64,000 bases of DNA from an uncultured Gammaproteobacteria bacterium (GCA_964486995.1 CAZAOV010000006.1:166-64165), one strand, 5' to 3'. Positions 1-9,387 are shown, counted from the stretch's first letter. Numbers and translations are program-made. Notes: generated by a model not told the origin, from the letters alone.

Positions 1-2
1 GG

Positions 3-254
3 TTCGAGCATCTCACCGGCATCTCGGATGTGGAGCCGTTAACCAATCGCGTAACAGACATCGTAATCGCATGTACGGGTTATGGTTTGGGTGTCATAAT
101 TTTCCAGATTTTACCGGACGACCAAACTTTCAAATGGGTAATTATCGGGATACTCGCCGTGGATGCGGTTCTGACCTCACTCGGAATAATTTCCTATCGG
201 CTGTTTGTGTTCGGCAAAAAGTTCGACCCGGATAGGGAAAATACACAAACCTAA
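3..254 (+). CDS. hypothetical small membrane protein, possibly 5'-truncated by the window edge
   Basis: Reading frame is open back to nt 3; first ATG at 30. Two hydrophobic segments (IACTGYGLGVIIFQIL, VIIGILAVDAVLTSLGII). No recognisable family. Confidence 0.35.
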   Translation, partial: FEHLTGISDVEPLTNRVTDIVIACTGYGLGVIIFQILPDDQTFKWVIIGILAVDAVLTSLGIISYRLFVFGKKFDPDRENTQT

Positions 255-271
255 GTCTTGAAGGCGAAACC

Positions 272-871
272 ATGTTCGATACTCTCGTAATTTTGTGCCC
301 CGGATTGCCCAGCAGCAAAGAAAACGGACGCATTGTCTGGGATGCGGTGTCCGGCGATTTGTATTTGGGCGGCATGGTCAGAATGAATGCGGCCAAGCGG
401 TTCATAGAACAACATCAGCCCGCTCATATAATTTTGGCTGCGGCCAGGCAGAAGTCGTATGGCGTGTATTCTTTTTTGACGGATGACGGCGATGCATTGA
501 GACGGGGCACTTATTATCTGTTAAGTTCAGATAACGACACTAACGGCAACTTGCATGCCGTGCAGCAGGTGCTGGCAAATGAGCTGTCCGATTTGAAAAT
601 AAGAAAACTAGGCCTGCTGACCAATCTATATCATCTGCCTCGTTCATTGCGGTTCGCCAGGGATATCATGCCAGAATATGAATTGGTGCCGATTCCGGCT
701 GAGGATTACATTGATTCAAAAGATTGCGAACGGTACCAAAGAGAATATCTGGCACGTACGCTGAGTGAGATGCGGGGAATCGTGCATTGGGAACTTGGTG
801 TCTATCGTGACCAGAATAAGATAGATTGGACCGCTGAACTGCTCGCAGTGCACAAGCCAACAGCGGAATAA
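272..871 (+). CDS. hypothetical protein
   Basis: 199-aa ORF, 18 bp after the previous stop and 4 bp before the cobO-like gene, suggesting an operon. No motif I can assign with confidence. Confidence 0.4.
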   Translation: MFDTLVILCPGLPSSKENGRIVWDAVSGDLYLGGMVRMNAAKRFIEQHQPAHIILAAARQKSYGVYSFLTDDGDALRRGTYYLLSSDNDTNGNLHAVQQVLANELSDLKIRKLGLLTNLYHLPRSLRFARDIMPEYELVPIPAEDYIDSKDCERYQREYLARTLSEMRGIVHWELGVYRDQNKIDWTAELLAVHKPTAE

Positions 872-874
872 TCT

Positions 875-1414
875 ATGAAGGGACTAATCCAAATTTATAC
901 CGGCGACGGCAAGGGTAAGACTACAGCCGCACTCGGGCTGGCAGTACGTGCAGTTGGCGCCGGCAAGAAAGTGGCTATCGTGTATTTCGACAAGGGCGGC
1001 GAGCGTTATAGCGAACGCAAGGTACTGGCCAAAAAATTCGCCGGGCAGATTGATTTTTATGCGACTGGACGGGATCGAATTGATCCGGACACCGGGCGGT
1101 TTCGTTTCGGCGTTCTGAAAGAAGATATCGAAGAGGCGGCCCGAGGTCTCCGGATCGCGCAGAAACTCATTGATGCGGCGGGGCATGACCTAATTATCCT
1201 CGATGAACTAAACACAGCCGTATTGCTTGGCATGCTGAAGCCTGAGCCGGTCGAAGATCTGCTGCGCGACAAACCGGAGCCAGTTGAGTTGGTGCTCACC
1301 GGTCGCGGCGCACACCAATCTTTTCGCGACCTAGCTGACCTCGTTACCGACATGGGGCTAGTCAATCATTACTATTATCACGGCACGCAGGCGCGAGAAG
1401 GAATTGATTTTTAA
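875..1414 (+). CDS. cobO: cob(I)yrinic acid a,c-diamide adenosyltransferase-like P-loop protein (CobO/CobA/BtuR family)
   Basis: N-terminus IQIYTGDGKGKTTAALGLAVRAVGAGKKVAIVYFDKGG matches the characteristic CobA/CobO P-loop (xYTGxGKGKTTAAxGxAxRAxGxGxxVxxxQFxKG). Length 179 aa is typical. Confidence 0.6.
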   Translation: MKGLIQIYTGDGKGKTTAALGLAVRAVGAGKKVAIVYFDKGGERYSERKVLAKKFAGQIDFYATGRDRIDPDTGRFRFGVLKEDIEEAARGLRIAQKLIDAAGHDLIILDELNTAVLLGMLKPEPVEDLLRDKPEPVELVLTGRGAHQSFRDLADLVTDMGLVNHYYYHGTQAREGIDF

Positions 1415-1436
1415 ACCTGTTTTTTGTAGATAAGAA

Positions 1437-1460
1437 AAGCCACCCGTCCGGGTGGTTTTA
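1437..1460. terminator. bidirectional Rho-independent terminator between convergent genes
   Basis: aaaagcCACCCGtccGGGTGGtttta hairpin flanked by A-run and T-run; sits between the cobO-like stop (1414) and the minus-strand gene stop (1468). Confidence 0.55.
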
Positions 1461-1467
1461 GAGATCT

Positions 1468-1719
1468 CTAGAGTCGGCACTTGAACAGGAATCGTTGCCA
1501 TGCGCCCATTCGACGCAATACATCGTTGAATCGGTTCTTAAGTTCTAGCACCTGATCCAGCTCGCGGCCGCTAGCCGAGCCCTCAGCACATGCAATCGAA
1601 CCCTTCACTTGGCGCATGAGTTTGCGCTGAACCAGCGCGCATCCATCTGGTAGAGTCTTCTCGACCGAGTTCATCACCGACTTGGCCCGTTTTATGGAAG
1701 TGTTAAAAGCGAAGCTCAT
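1468..1719 (-). CDS. hypothetical protein
   Basis: Start chosen at the ATG (MSFAFNTSIKRAK...) preceded by GAGGAG Shine-Dalgarno; the longer ORF-track start at 1785 lacks an SD. Confidence 0.45.
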   Translation of the reverse strand: MSFAFNTSIKRAKSVMNSVEKTLPDGCALVQRKLMRQVKGSIACAEGSASGRELDQVLELKNRFNDVLRRMGAWQRFLFKCRL

Positions 1720-1938
1720 TGTTTTCTCCTCGTGAAGGTCAACGAAAGGACTTTTTTGTATATCAATAATAACCCATCGTGTCAATACTGGACATCAAAT
1801 CGCGATACGTTAGGCCGGTTGAATCACCCACATCAGGGCCCAACCCCGGATGAAACCTACCCAACAGCGCTGTCATTGCGACTCCGGTTCGGTGACGGGG
1901 CCGCAATGAGGTGACACAACTTAATCTCTAACTTTAGA

Positions 1939-1969
1939 CTGAATAAATAAACCGCCTGAAGTCAGGCGG
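1939..1969 (-). terminator. Rho-independent terminator for minus-strand gene 1978..2262
   Basis: CCGCCTGAagTCAGGCGG hairpin (1952-1969) followed on the minus strand by a T/A-rich run (tttatttattc). Confidence 0.5.
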
Positions 1970-1977
1970 TTGTAGTG

Positions 1978-2262
1978 CTACATGATGCGGCGAAGGAAGC
2001 TGCGGATGATACCGCCCTTCCATCTCAGGGTTCGCATCAGCTTGCGGTGCCGGTTTTCGCTGATTTCGAGAATTATCTCGTCGTTGCGATTCCTGCACAG
2101 GCGCGTGGCCACGGTATGGCGGAACTCCCAGATGCAGCCAAGCTCGGTAGCCGCTTCGGAAAAACGTTTGGCCTTTAGGTGTCGCTCCGCATCGTCCAGA
2201 GTCTGGTCGAGCAGTTTCATCTGCGAGCGAAGGGGGGCGTTCCTGGCCGGCAGGTCTCTCAT
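1978..2262 (-). CDS. hypothetical protein
   Basis: 94-aa ORF followed by a terminator hairpin; overlaps a plus-strand ORF (1982..2293) of similar length, so strand assignment is tentative. Confidence 0.35.
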   Translation of the reverse strand: MRDLPARNAPLRSQMKLLDQTLDDAERHLKAKRFSEAATELGCIWEFRHTVATRLCRNRNDEIILEISENRHRKLMRTLRWKGGIIRSFLRRIM

Positions 2263-2381
2263 TTTATCTCTCCCGGTGAAATGGGTCTCCTAAAGCAATC
2301 ATCTTACTATACAGTGCGAATTCGCCACCGTCAACGATTTCAGCTTAGCAGTAGAACAAAAAACGCCCAAGTGGCTGGGCG

Positions 2382-2837
2382 TTAAGCTAATTTCGGCTCG
2401 TCTTTCGGCTCCGGCGGTAGTGCAGTCACCGCCTTTCGGGCTACTTCTAGTTGGCGGTTCAGGAAGCCGTCGAGCTTAGCTGACTCCTCGCGTGTTTTGT
2501 CATCGTTCGCGCCGGGCTCCCAACTATCGGCCAGCTTGTTATAGACAGACGCGATACGGTACAGCGCCAGTGCTCGACGAGGGTCGTGCTTCAGCGCATC
2601 AATCCCTTGCTTGCCGAACTTGAGGGCCTTAGTGAACATCGGACGCTTGGCGGGGTTGGCGAGCGATTGCTGTCGAGCGGCATTGGCAGCCGGATCTTCA
2701 ATTTCATGAACCAAAAACTGAAGATTAAAGTCCGCGACATATGTCAGGCCCGCAGCCTGTTTAAGCTTTCCTTCCTCAAGAAGTTTTTCGGCATTTCTTA
2801 GCATCTGAACTGCCGGCAGGTAGAGATTCTGTTGCAT
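2382..2837 (-). CDS. hypothetical protein
   Basis: 151-aa ORF starting 7 bp downstream of the stop of 2844..3209 (same strand), suggesting a two-gene operon. No recognisable family. Confidence 0.45.
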   Translation of the reverse strand: MQQNLYLPAVQMLRNAEKLLEEGKLKQAAGLTYVADFNLQFLVHEIEDPAANAARQQSLANPAKRPMFTKALKFGKQGIDALKHDPRRALALYRIASVYNKLADSWEPGANDDKTREESAKLDGFLNRQLEVARKAVTALPPEPKDEPKLA

Positions 2838-2843
2838 GATGTT

Positions 2844-3209
2844 TTACCTCCCCCGAATTAGGCGATATACGCCCTCAAACCCGTATTCCGCCAGGGTCTG
2901 ATACATCAGTCTGCGCATTTCGTTCAACATAAGCCTGATTTCGCGCGGGGTGCGCGGATCGAACTTATACCGCAGGGTTTTATTGCGGGCATTGATGAAC
3001 TCGCGTCGCGCATCAGCGTAGCGTCCTTCATGCAAAGCAAGACGAAAGGCCGACACATGCCGTCCGACCGTTCCGAGAACGGTTAGGAAGTTCAGCATAA
3101 AATTGCCGAGGTCTTTATCGTCGTTCATTTTGAACACCTTTAAAAGTGCGACCACTGACCGCTGAAAGTACCATGCCAGGTGTCTGACGTCAATGCAACT
3201 TAACCTCAA
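2844..3209 (-). CDS. hypothetical protein
   Basis: 121-aa ORF, first gene of a putative two-gene minus-strand operon divergent from htrA. Confidence 0.45.
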   Translation of the reverse strand: MRLSCIDVRHLAWYFQRSVVALLKVFKMNDDKDLGNFMLNFLTVLGTVGRHVSAFRLALHEGRYADARREFINARNKTLRYKFDPRTPREIRLMLNEMRRLMYQTLAEYGFEGVYRLIRGR

Positions 3210-3228
3210 ATGTCAGCTAAGTTATAAT
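3192..3228 (+). promoter_or_regulatory. putative sigma-70-like promoter upstream of htrA
   Basis: TTAACC - 17 nt - TATAAT, ending about 25 nt upstream of the htrA ATG. Confidence 0.4.
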
Positions 3229-3253
3229 GTAGAAGTTAATCAATCAAAACCAT

Positions 3254-4546
3254 ATGGCTATGCAAAATTCGAATAAGAAGCAAGGTCATGCCGGCTTAAT
3301 CGTAGCTACCGCACTTGTGGCGATAGTTTTTGGTTTTGTGTCTGGTGTGGTGGGTGCACAACCTTTCGTTTCCAGTCCGATTCTCAACGCCTTCGAGAAT
3401 CATATATTTGATCTTCCGCTCAGGGCTTCGGATAGGCAGGCTAATGTGATGCCGGCAGCCGTTCCTGTGTGCGAGCAGGTTTGCCAGACCGAAGAGAGTC
3501 TGCGCATTGCCGCCGTTCGATCCGCACTGCCTGCCGTGGTCTCCGTTGTGGTGACTAAGGATGTTCCGGTTTTCGAGCAGTATTACACCAACCCATTTGG
3601 GAACGATTTTTTCAATGATTTTTTTGGTGATATTAATTTCGGCGTGCCGCAATTGCGCCAGAAAGGAACCGAACGTCAGGAGGTCGGCGCCGGGACTGGT
3701 TTTATCGTTTCGCCAGACGGCCTGATAGTCACCAATAAACATGTGGTACTGGACGAAGATGCTGAATACACGGTCATCACCTCGGACGGAGAGAAGCATC
3801 CGGCCGAAGTGTTGGGGCGCGATCCGGCCAATGATTTGGCGGTGATTAAAATCGATGTGGCAGAGGATGTCGAGATGGAACATATTTCGTACGCTGCCGA
3901 TGAACCACAGGTCGGACAGGGCGTTATCGCCATTGGCTATGCGCTCGGCGAATTTACCAACACCGTCAGTGCGGGCATCGTATCGGGTTTGTCGCGCGAC
4001 ATTACCGCCGGCGACAATCGCGGCAATTCCGAACGGCTTTATAATGTCATTCAAACTGACGCCGCCATCAACCCCGGCAATTCGGGGGGGCCGCTGCTGA
4101 ACCTTAAAGGCGAAGCGATTGGTGTAAATGTTGCGGTGGAGCGTGGCGCTCAGGGTATCGGATTTGCGTTGCCGATTGCCGACGTGGAGCGCGTGGTAGA
4201 AAGCGTGGTTGAGACCGGAAAGATAACTCGACCGTTCTTGGGGGTGCGGTATGTGATGATTACCGAAGACATGGCCCAAGCGAATCAGCTTCCGGTGGAT
4301 TATGGAGCGCTCATCGTGCGCGGAGAACGGCAGATTGATTTGGCGGTTACGCCGGGATCGCCCGCCGATATAGCCGGAATCATCGAGAACGATATCATTC
4401 TGGAAATTAACGGGCAGAAACTCACGGCTGCCAACCCGTTGGTGCGCGCAGTGCGAAATCTACGCGTGGGGGACACCATAACTCTTAAGGTCCTGCACAA
4501 GGGCGAGGAGATGGATGTGGGGGTGACTCTCACCGAACGGCAGTAA
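3254..4546 (+). CDS. htrA: HtrA/DegP family serine protease with C-terminal PDZ domain
   Basis: N-terminal membrane anchor; trypsin-like catalytic motifs (TNKHVV, DLAVIKID, GNSGGPLLNLKGEAIGVN); C-terminal PDZ-like region (IAGIIENDIILEINGQKL). Confidence 0.85.
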   Translation: MAMQNSNKKQGHAGLIVATALVAIVFGFVSGVVGAQPFVSSPILNAFENHIFDLPLRASDRQANVMPAAVPVCEQVCQTEESLRIAAVRSALPAVVSVVVTKDVPVFEQYYTNPFGNDFFNDFFGDINFGVPQLRQKGTERQEVGAGTGFIVSPDGLIVTNKHVVLDEDAEYTVITSDGEKHPAEVLGRDPANDLAVIKIDVAEDVEMEHISYAADEPQVGQGVIAIGYALGEFTNTVSAGIVSGLSRDITAGDNRGNSERLYNVIQTDAAINPGNSGGPLLNLKGEAIGVNVAVERGAQGIGFALPIADVERVVESVVETGKITRPFLGVRYVMITEDMAQANQLPVDYGALIVRGERQIDLAVTPGSPADIAGIIENDIILEINGQKLTAANPLVRAVRNLRVGDTITLKVLHKGEEMDVGVTLTERQ

Positions 4547-4618
4547 AATACAGCTAAGGAGTGAAGTAGGCAAGATGTTTACGTTCACTTATCCAAACCC
4601 TTCACTAACGAAGTTCCT

Positions 4619-5749
4619 ATGAAATTGAAACTTTTTATTGTCATCATCTGTATTGCCGTATTTGTTGCTTTTGGGTATTTCTATAGTGATTGGCTTGTAG
4701 GTTCGTTATATCAGCCGACCGAGACCACGCTTAAACTTGGCACTCAAATCGCCAACGTGCGTGGAAGCAAGGCTGTAAAAACCGTGGCGGCAGGACTGCA
4801 AATCCCATGGGAGATAGCCATACTGCCCAATGAAGATATTCTTGTGACAGAACGTCCGGGTACGCTTCGGCGCGTCACCGGAGACGGGGCGATAATCAAA
4901 GTGGATGGCGTTAAGCATCATGGCGAAGGTGGTCTGCAGGGCATGACCTTACATCCGAATTTTGCGGAGAATCAATACATCTATCTATACATGACCACCC
5001 TCAGGAATGACCGGCTGGAAAACCGGGTGGTTCGATACAGATATGTTGATGACGAGCTGCTGGAGCCGACCGAAGTTATCGCCGGAATTCCGGGCGCAAA
5101 ATATCACGACGGCGGTCGCATTGAATTTGGTCCGGACGGTAAGTTATATATTGCCACCGGCGATGCGACATCGGTTGGTGCGGCGCAGGACGTTAATTCA
5201 CTGGCCGGAAAGATATTACGTATCGACGATGACGGCAGCATTCCAGAAGATAACCCGTTCGGAAATGCGGTTTGGTCCTACGGTCATCGCAATCCGCAGG
5301 GTATCGCTTGGGATTCCGAGGGTCGACTATGGTCAACCGAACACGGTCGGTCAGTGCCCAAATCTGGCTTTGACGAGCTGAACCTGATCGGTCGCGGGCT
5401 TAACTATGGCTGGCCGGATATTCAGGGCGACGAAGAACGACAAAACATGTTGATGCCGGCGGTTCACTCTGGCCCGACTGAAACTTGGGCACCAGCCGGA
5501 ATGGCGTACCATAACGGCAGTCTGTTCTTTGCGGGCTTGCGTGGCGAGGCTTTGTACGAAGCGGAGCTGAACGGCAGTGAGGTGGTCGATATGAAAGTTC
5601 ATTATTATCAGGATTTCGGTCGTCTGCGCGCGGTTTATCTCGGACCGGACAACTACCTGTATCTCACCACATCAAACACCGACGGACGTGGGGAACCGCG
5701 TGACGGGGACGACAAAATATTAAGGGTTAATCCTGCTGCGTTGGAGTAG
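4619..5749 (+). CDS. PQQ-dependent sugar dehydrogenase (soluble aldose/sorbosone dehydrogenase, YliI-like beta-propeller)
   Basis: Signal/anchor at N-terminus; HHGGRIEFGPDGKLYIATGDA and LQIPWEIAILPNEDILVTERPG match the GSDH-family signature (SHNGGRLAFGPDGMLYVTTGD). Confidence 0.7.
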   Translation: MKLKLFIVIICIAVFVAFGYFYSDWLVGSLYQPTETTLKLGTQIANVRGSKAVKTVAAGLQIPWEIAILPNEDILVTERPGTLRRVTGDGAIIKVDGVKHHGEGGLQGMTLHPNFAENQYIYLYMTTLRNDRLENRVVRYRYVDDELLEPTEVIAGIPGAKYHDGGRIEFGPDGKLYIATGDATSVGAAQDVNSLAGKILRIDDDGSIPEDNPFGNAVWSYGHRNPQGIAWDSEGRLWSTEHGRSVPKSGFDELNLIGRGLNYGWPDIQGDEERQNMLMPAVHSGPTETWAPAGMAYHNGSLFFAGLRGEALYEAELNGSEVVDMKVHYYQDFGRLRAVYLGPDNYLYLTTSNTDGRGEPRDGDDKILRVNPAALE

Positions 5750-5881
5750 CGCGCGGCAGATAAAGATAAAACGCCAAACATTTTAACTGGCTGCCCAGCT
5801 GTCGGGTCTTTTTTTTGCCACTAAACGCCTGATGTGTCATTATTTTTCTGCGAATCGCTGGATAATGCCAAGGAGTTGCAG

Positions 5882-6199
5882 ATGACCGACGAAAAGAGGG
5901 TGCCACTGAATAGTCCCAAAGTTGATGTTCGCGCCGAACCGGACTATGAGAGCAACGAGCAGCCCGACTGGGATTACGTCGACAAAGTCGAAGATAACGT
6001 CAAGGAGGATGTAGAGCGTGCGCTCGAAAAAACAGAGAACGACGGTGCAGGCACACAGATTGGTGCGGCCAATGACGCGGTGGATGACGCGAGCGAGAAA
6101 ATCGATCCAAATCGAGTCAAAAAGATTCATGTCGATATCGAGGACGAAGATGGTCGGCATGTAGAGATTCACCGCGAGGCACACGGTCGGGAAAGATAA
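5882..6199 (+). CDS. hypothetical highly acidic protein
   Basis: Start chosen at the ATG (MTDEKRVPLN...) preceded by AAGGAG; D/E-rich low-complexity sequence. Confidence 0.45.
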   Translation: MTDEKRVPLNSPKVDVRAEPDYESNEQPDWDYVDKVEDNVKEDVERALEKTENDGAGTQIGAANDAVDDASEKIDPNRVKKIHVDIEDEDGRHVEIHREAHGRER

Positions 6200-6233
6200 A
6201 CCGCTTTAGCTCACATTTTGTGGGCTTTTTTAT
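6200..6233 (+). terminator. putative Rho-independent terminator
   Basis: GCTCACAttttGTGGGC hairpin followed by TTTTTT. Confidence 0.45.
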
Positions 6234-6309
6234 CCCCAAGTCAAAAAACGCTTAATGTAGTATTATTTGTTTGGTTCATTCAATGTAATGTCGGGTAAAG
6301 GAGGTTCTG

Positions 6310-6666
6310 ATGTCCGACAAAGATAAAGATAGGGATAAGGACAAAGATCCCGGCAAGAAGCCCCTGAAGAAGAAAAAGGTTCACGTGAAGGTGGATCCAA
6401 AGGACAGTGACTGGGGCAGGAAACAGCGCTCTGTCCAAATCAAGAAGCGCCTCAAGGAGGAGGTGGAGAAGGCAGTCGAAGAGGCCGCACCGGACGGTTC
6501 GGACGCCCAGTTCGATGCCGCCGACAGGAAACTCGACGAGGCCAAGCGGGCCGTAAGTCCGAAGGAAGTTCGGGAAATCGAAGTCGAGGTCGAGGGTATG
6601 CGAGAAGATGAGCGCGGTGAAGACGAGTACGTTTCAAAAAAGCGCAAAGTTAAGCCGGGAGATTGA
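6310..6666 (+). CDS. hypothetical lysine/aspartate-rich charged protein
   Basis: AAAGGAGG SD 6 nt upstream; begins MSDKDKDRDKDKDPGKKPLKKKK, highly charged and probably disordered. Confidence 0.5.
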   Translation: MSDKDKDRDKDKDPGKKPLKKKKVHVKVDPKDSDWGRKQRSVQIKKRLKEEVEKAVEEAAPDGSDAQFDAADRKLDEAKRAVSPKEVREIEVEVEGMREDERGEDEYVSKKRKVKPGD

Positions 6667-6675
6667 TTGATAGCC

Positions 6676-6700
6676 AGACCGTGTATTCACGGTCTTTTTT
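6676..6700 (+). terminator. Rho-independent terminator
   Basis: AGACCGTGtattCACGGTCT + TTTTTT immediately after the stop at 6666. Confidence 0.7.
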
Positions 6701-6804
6701 AATGCAAGAGTCCAACGGAATCTTTCGGGCTCCCTTCATATACTTATTTTGCACTCCATACGGAACACGCTTGCCGTCCAGTGCGTATCTATTAAGATAG
6801 AAGC

Positions 6805-7380
6805 ATGATGGAATCAGACACACAAAATCTCACCGATGAACAGCTTGTAGCGCAGACTTTGGAGGATCGAGAGAAATTTACCTGCTTGATGCGGCGTTAT
6901 GAGGCGCGGTTATTGCGTTATGTTAGGCGAATTTCTGGTATGGATATTGATGATGCCGAGGACGTACTGCAGGACGCGTTTATAGCGATTTATCGCAATT
7001 TGCGCGGATTTGATCAGAAGCGCAAGTTTTCGGCTTGGGCTTATCGGATTGTACGCAATACCACTATTAGCGCGGCGCGGAAAAATCAGGTTAAGCAGAA
7101 ACGTATTGTTATTGATGTCGGTGACGAGATGATGGAGCTCATTAAGTCCGACGAGGATGTCATGTCAAATGCGGATAAGGAATTTGATTCGGCAGTGATT
7201 CAATCGGTACTCGCTGAGCTTAAAGAAAATCAGCGTGAAATTCTGGTGTTATATTATCTGGAAGAAATGGAATATGCCGAGATTTCTGACGTGCTGCGCA
7301 TTGCGCCCGGGACAGTGGCGTCGCGGTTGTCACGTGCCAAGCGAGCGTTTCGAAAAAATATTGAATCGATGAAGAAATAA
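6805..7380 (+). CDS. ECF-type RNA polymerase sigma factor (sigma-70 family, sigma-24 subgroup)
   Basis: Region 2 (DAEDVLQDAFIAIYRNLRGFDQKRKFSAWAYRIVRNTTIS) and region 4 HTH (EMEYAEISDVLRIAPGTVASRLSRAKRAFR). Confidence 0.8.
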   Translation: MMESDTQNLTDEQLVAQTLEDREKFTCLMRRYEARLLRYVRRISGMDIDDAEDVLQDAFIAIYRNLRGFDQKRKFSAWAYRIVRNTTISAARKNQVKQKRIVIDVGDEMMELIKSDEDVMSNADKEFDSAVIQSVLAELKENQREILVLYYLEEMEYAEISDVLRIAPGTVASRLSRAKRAFRKNIESMKK

Positions 7381-7381
7381 T

Positions 7382-8206
7382 ATGACTAATCTCTCCGGTA
7401 AAGTGCTTCACGAGATACAGAGCAAGAATGTAAAACCGATTCCGGCTTGGCGTTTCCTGCTGAAGTCGTTTGTGGCTTGGTGTGGTTTCGTGCTGCTCGT
7501 TTTTTTTGGCGCACAAGCAGTGAGCATTATTCTGTTCCTGCTCTCAGACCACGATTGGACCGAACTCATGCAGTTCCCTGGCGGCCGCATCGGGTATTTC
7601 TTTATTGTCATGCCGTATTTGTGGTTGCTGGCACTCATAGTTCTAACCATCGCGGCTTATCTGGATTTAAAGAAAACTAGGGGTGGTCATCGCTATCGTC
7701 CGCTTATCGTGATATTGGTGATAATCGGCGTCAGTCTATTTGCCGGCATCGGCCTTCATGCCATGGGCATGGGCAAGCGCGCAGATGCGATGATTGAGGG
7801 TGGGGTACCGAAGTATCGTCAGATGGCACCGCGCGGCATGAATATTTGGGATCAGCCGCAACACGGTCGCATGATCGGTGTCGTAGAAGGTTCAGATGAA
7901 GATGGAAATCTGTTGTTACGCATTCCGAGCGGAGAAGTCAAAATGATCAAAGTTGATTCGAGTGTTTTAAGGCGGATAAAACAGTTTGTCGAGCAGGGTG
8001 GTTCGATTCGGGTGATGGGTCAGCCGACCCCCGAGGGTCATTTCAAAGCGAAAGCGATAATGCCCTGGAAAAAGGGAATACAGCACGATTTACGCCATAA
8101 ATTATATTTGCGGAATAAGGTTCAGGAAGAAACATTACAGCGCGCGCGTAGTATTGGTGAAGGGTCGATGCGACTACCGGTGCACCTGGTCGCGCCTGCC
8201 CGATAA
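7382..8206 (+). CDS. multi-pass membrane protein, positionally a candidate anti-sigma factor
   Basis: Starts 1 bp after the ECF sigma stop; several hydrophobic helices then a soluble C-terminal domain. Anti-sigma role inferred from position only. Confidence 0.3.
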   Translation: MTNLSGKVLHEIQSKNVKPIPAWRFLLKSFVAWCGFVLLVFFGAQAVSIILFLLSDHDWTELMQFPGGRIGYFFIVMPYLWLLALIVLTIAAYLDLKKTRGGHRYRPLIVILVIIGVSLFAGIGLHAMGMGKRADAMIEGGVPKYRQMAPRGMNIWDQPQHGRMIGVVEGSDEDGNLLLRIPSGEVKMIKVDSSVLRRIKQFVEQGGSIRVMGQPTPEGHFKAKAIMPWKKGIQHDLRHKLYLRNKVQEETLQRARSIGEGSMRLPVHLVAPAR

Positions 8207-8223
8207 ACTAACCAATTAATGTA

Positions 8224-8655
8224 TTGCAAAAAATGACAACTAAAAGAACTATCGCTCTGGGTTTGGTTGCCGCTGCCGTTACGGCCATGGTGGCAGTTCC
8301 GAGTTTCGCTAATAGCTATTCAGCTGGCGAAGGTGAGCGTAAACGTCCAACTACGGAAACAATCGAACAAAAGAAGCTCGAGATGGCCGAGCGTCGCGAA
8401 GCGGTGGAAGCCGCTATCGACGCGAACGACTATGACGCGTGGATCGAAGCTGTGGGGGCGCGTCCGATTGCCGAACAGGTAACCTCGGACGAGTTTAATC
8501 AGCTGCGTGAGATTCATCGCTTGCGCACCGAAGCGAAGGATATCGCCGACGAGATTGGCATCGAGTCGCGGCATCGAGGGCACAGCATGATGAAAGAAGG
8601 AATGAAGAATGCCTTTCGCGCCGGTCGGCATTTCCAGACGAAGCAGAGCGAATAA
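8224..8655 (+). CDS. hypothetical secreted protein
   Basis: N-terminal signal peptide (TIALGLVAAAVTAMVAVPSFANS); charged helical remainder. Confidence 0.5.
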   Translation: MQKMTTKRTIALGLVAAAVTAMVAVPSFANSYSAGEGERKRPTTETIEQKKLEMAERREAVEAAIDANDYDAWIEAVGARPIAEQVTSDEFNQLREIHRLRTEAKDIADEIGIESRHRGHSMMKEGMKNAFRAGRHFQTKQSE

Positions 8656-8665
8656 ACGCTCTCAA

Positions 8666-8695
8666 ACCGCCTTCGTTGAACGGGGGCGGTTTTTT
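8666..8695 (+). terminator. Rho-independent terminator
   Basis: AACCGCCttcgttgaacgggGGCGGTTTTTTG after the stop at 8655. Confidence 0.55.
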
Positions 8696-8883
8696 GTCTG
8701 ACCGCAGGCGCGTGTGAGCGTCTTATGGCGAGGCCGCTCATGATTGAACACGGGCAAGAATAGGTGGCTACTCCTTTGGACGCTTCGACCGGTCCAACTG
8801 TCGCGGACGGCTCACACACACATATGGCGTCTTTGCTTATTGACTGACTTCAATAAAAGTGCTTTCCTTTTTTGGTGTGAACC

Positions 8884-9219
8884 ATGTCCAAAAAGACAAT
8901 CAGGAATAATCGGCGAAGTGAATCGGGTGATGCCGTGAGTGAGCGCTGTGCCCGCTGCGCCACTCATGTCGCTAAATTCCAAGCGCGGCCAGGCGAAGCG
9001 TATTGGTCCGAAACTGTGTGGTGCCCGGATTGCGGCGCCAGCGAAACTTTTTCAGAAATAGAATTGATTCGTAGGCCGATTAAGTTGGCCTTTCAAATCG
9101 TAAACGGGCGTCCGGTTTTCACGTGGCGTTGCCCGCGATGCGGCGGCGGTCCAGTGGTTGTCGGCAGTATGCCCGGGCGGCTTACGAAGTTCATCGAGTC
9201 GATGGATTCCCTGTTCTAG
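8884..9219 (+). CDS. hypothetical zinc-ribbon protein
   Basis: Three Cys pairs (CARCATH, CPDCGAS, CPRCGG) consistent with Zn-ribbon(s). Confidence 0.45.
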   Translation: MSKKTIRNNRRSESGDAVSERCARCATHVAKFQARPGEAYWSETVWCPDCGASETFSEIELIRRPIKLAFQIVNGRPVFTWRCPRCGGGPVVVGSMPGRLTKFIESMDSLF

Positions 9220-9225
9220 CGCATT

Positions 9226-9252
9226 TGACCCGACTTCGTCGTCGGGTTTTTG
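9226..9252 (+). terminator. Rho-independent terminator
   Basis: GACCCGACttcgtcGTCGGGTTTTTG. Confidence 0.6.
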
Positions 9253-9387
9253 TGTCGGCAGAATCGGTAGGGAAGCAGAGGTGAGGCGGGACGCGCGGAT
9301 GCGTGCGCGAGTTCAACCGTCATTCTGCCCATACATGCCTTTGTTTTGTTGGCTAATTATCGAGCATTCAGTTAAAGTAATCCAAGT

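Noticed and set aside
1982-2293. Plus-strand 103-aa ORF overlapping minus-strand ORF 1978..2262
   Set aside because: This region cannot be resolved by eye. The minus-strand ORF was preferred because a hairpin terminator follows it on that strand and its neighbours are minus-strand. The plus-strand ORF is Arg/Ser-rich, typical of out-of-frame translation.
3296-4279. 327-aa minus-strand ORF inside htrA, and similar long antisense ORFs (24549..25091, 38141..38917, 16226..16642, 28117..28917)
   Set aside because: Each lies entirely within a well-supported gene on the opposite strand with clear family motifs. They are typical shadow ORFs of GC-rich coding DNA.
5790-5818. Terminator after the PQQ-dependent dehydrogenase gene (ctggctgcccagctgtcgggtcttttttttg)
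   Set aside because: The T-run is convincing but I could not find a clean complementary stem preceding it, so it was not listed as a feature.
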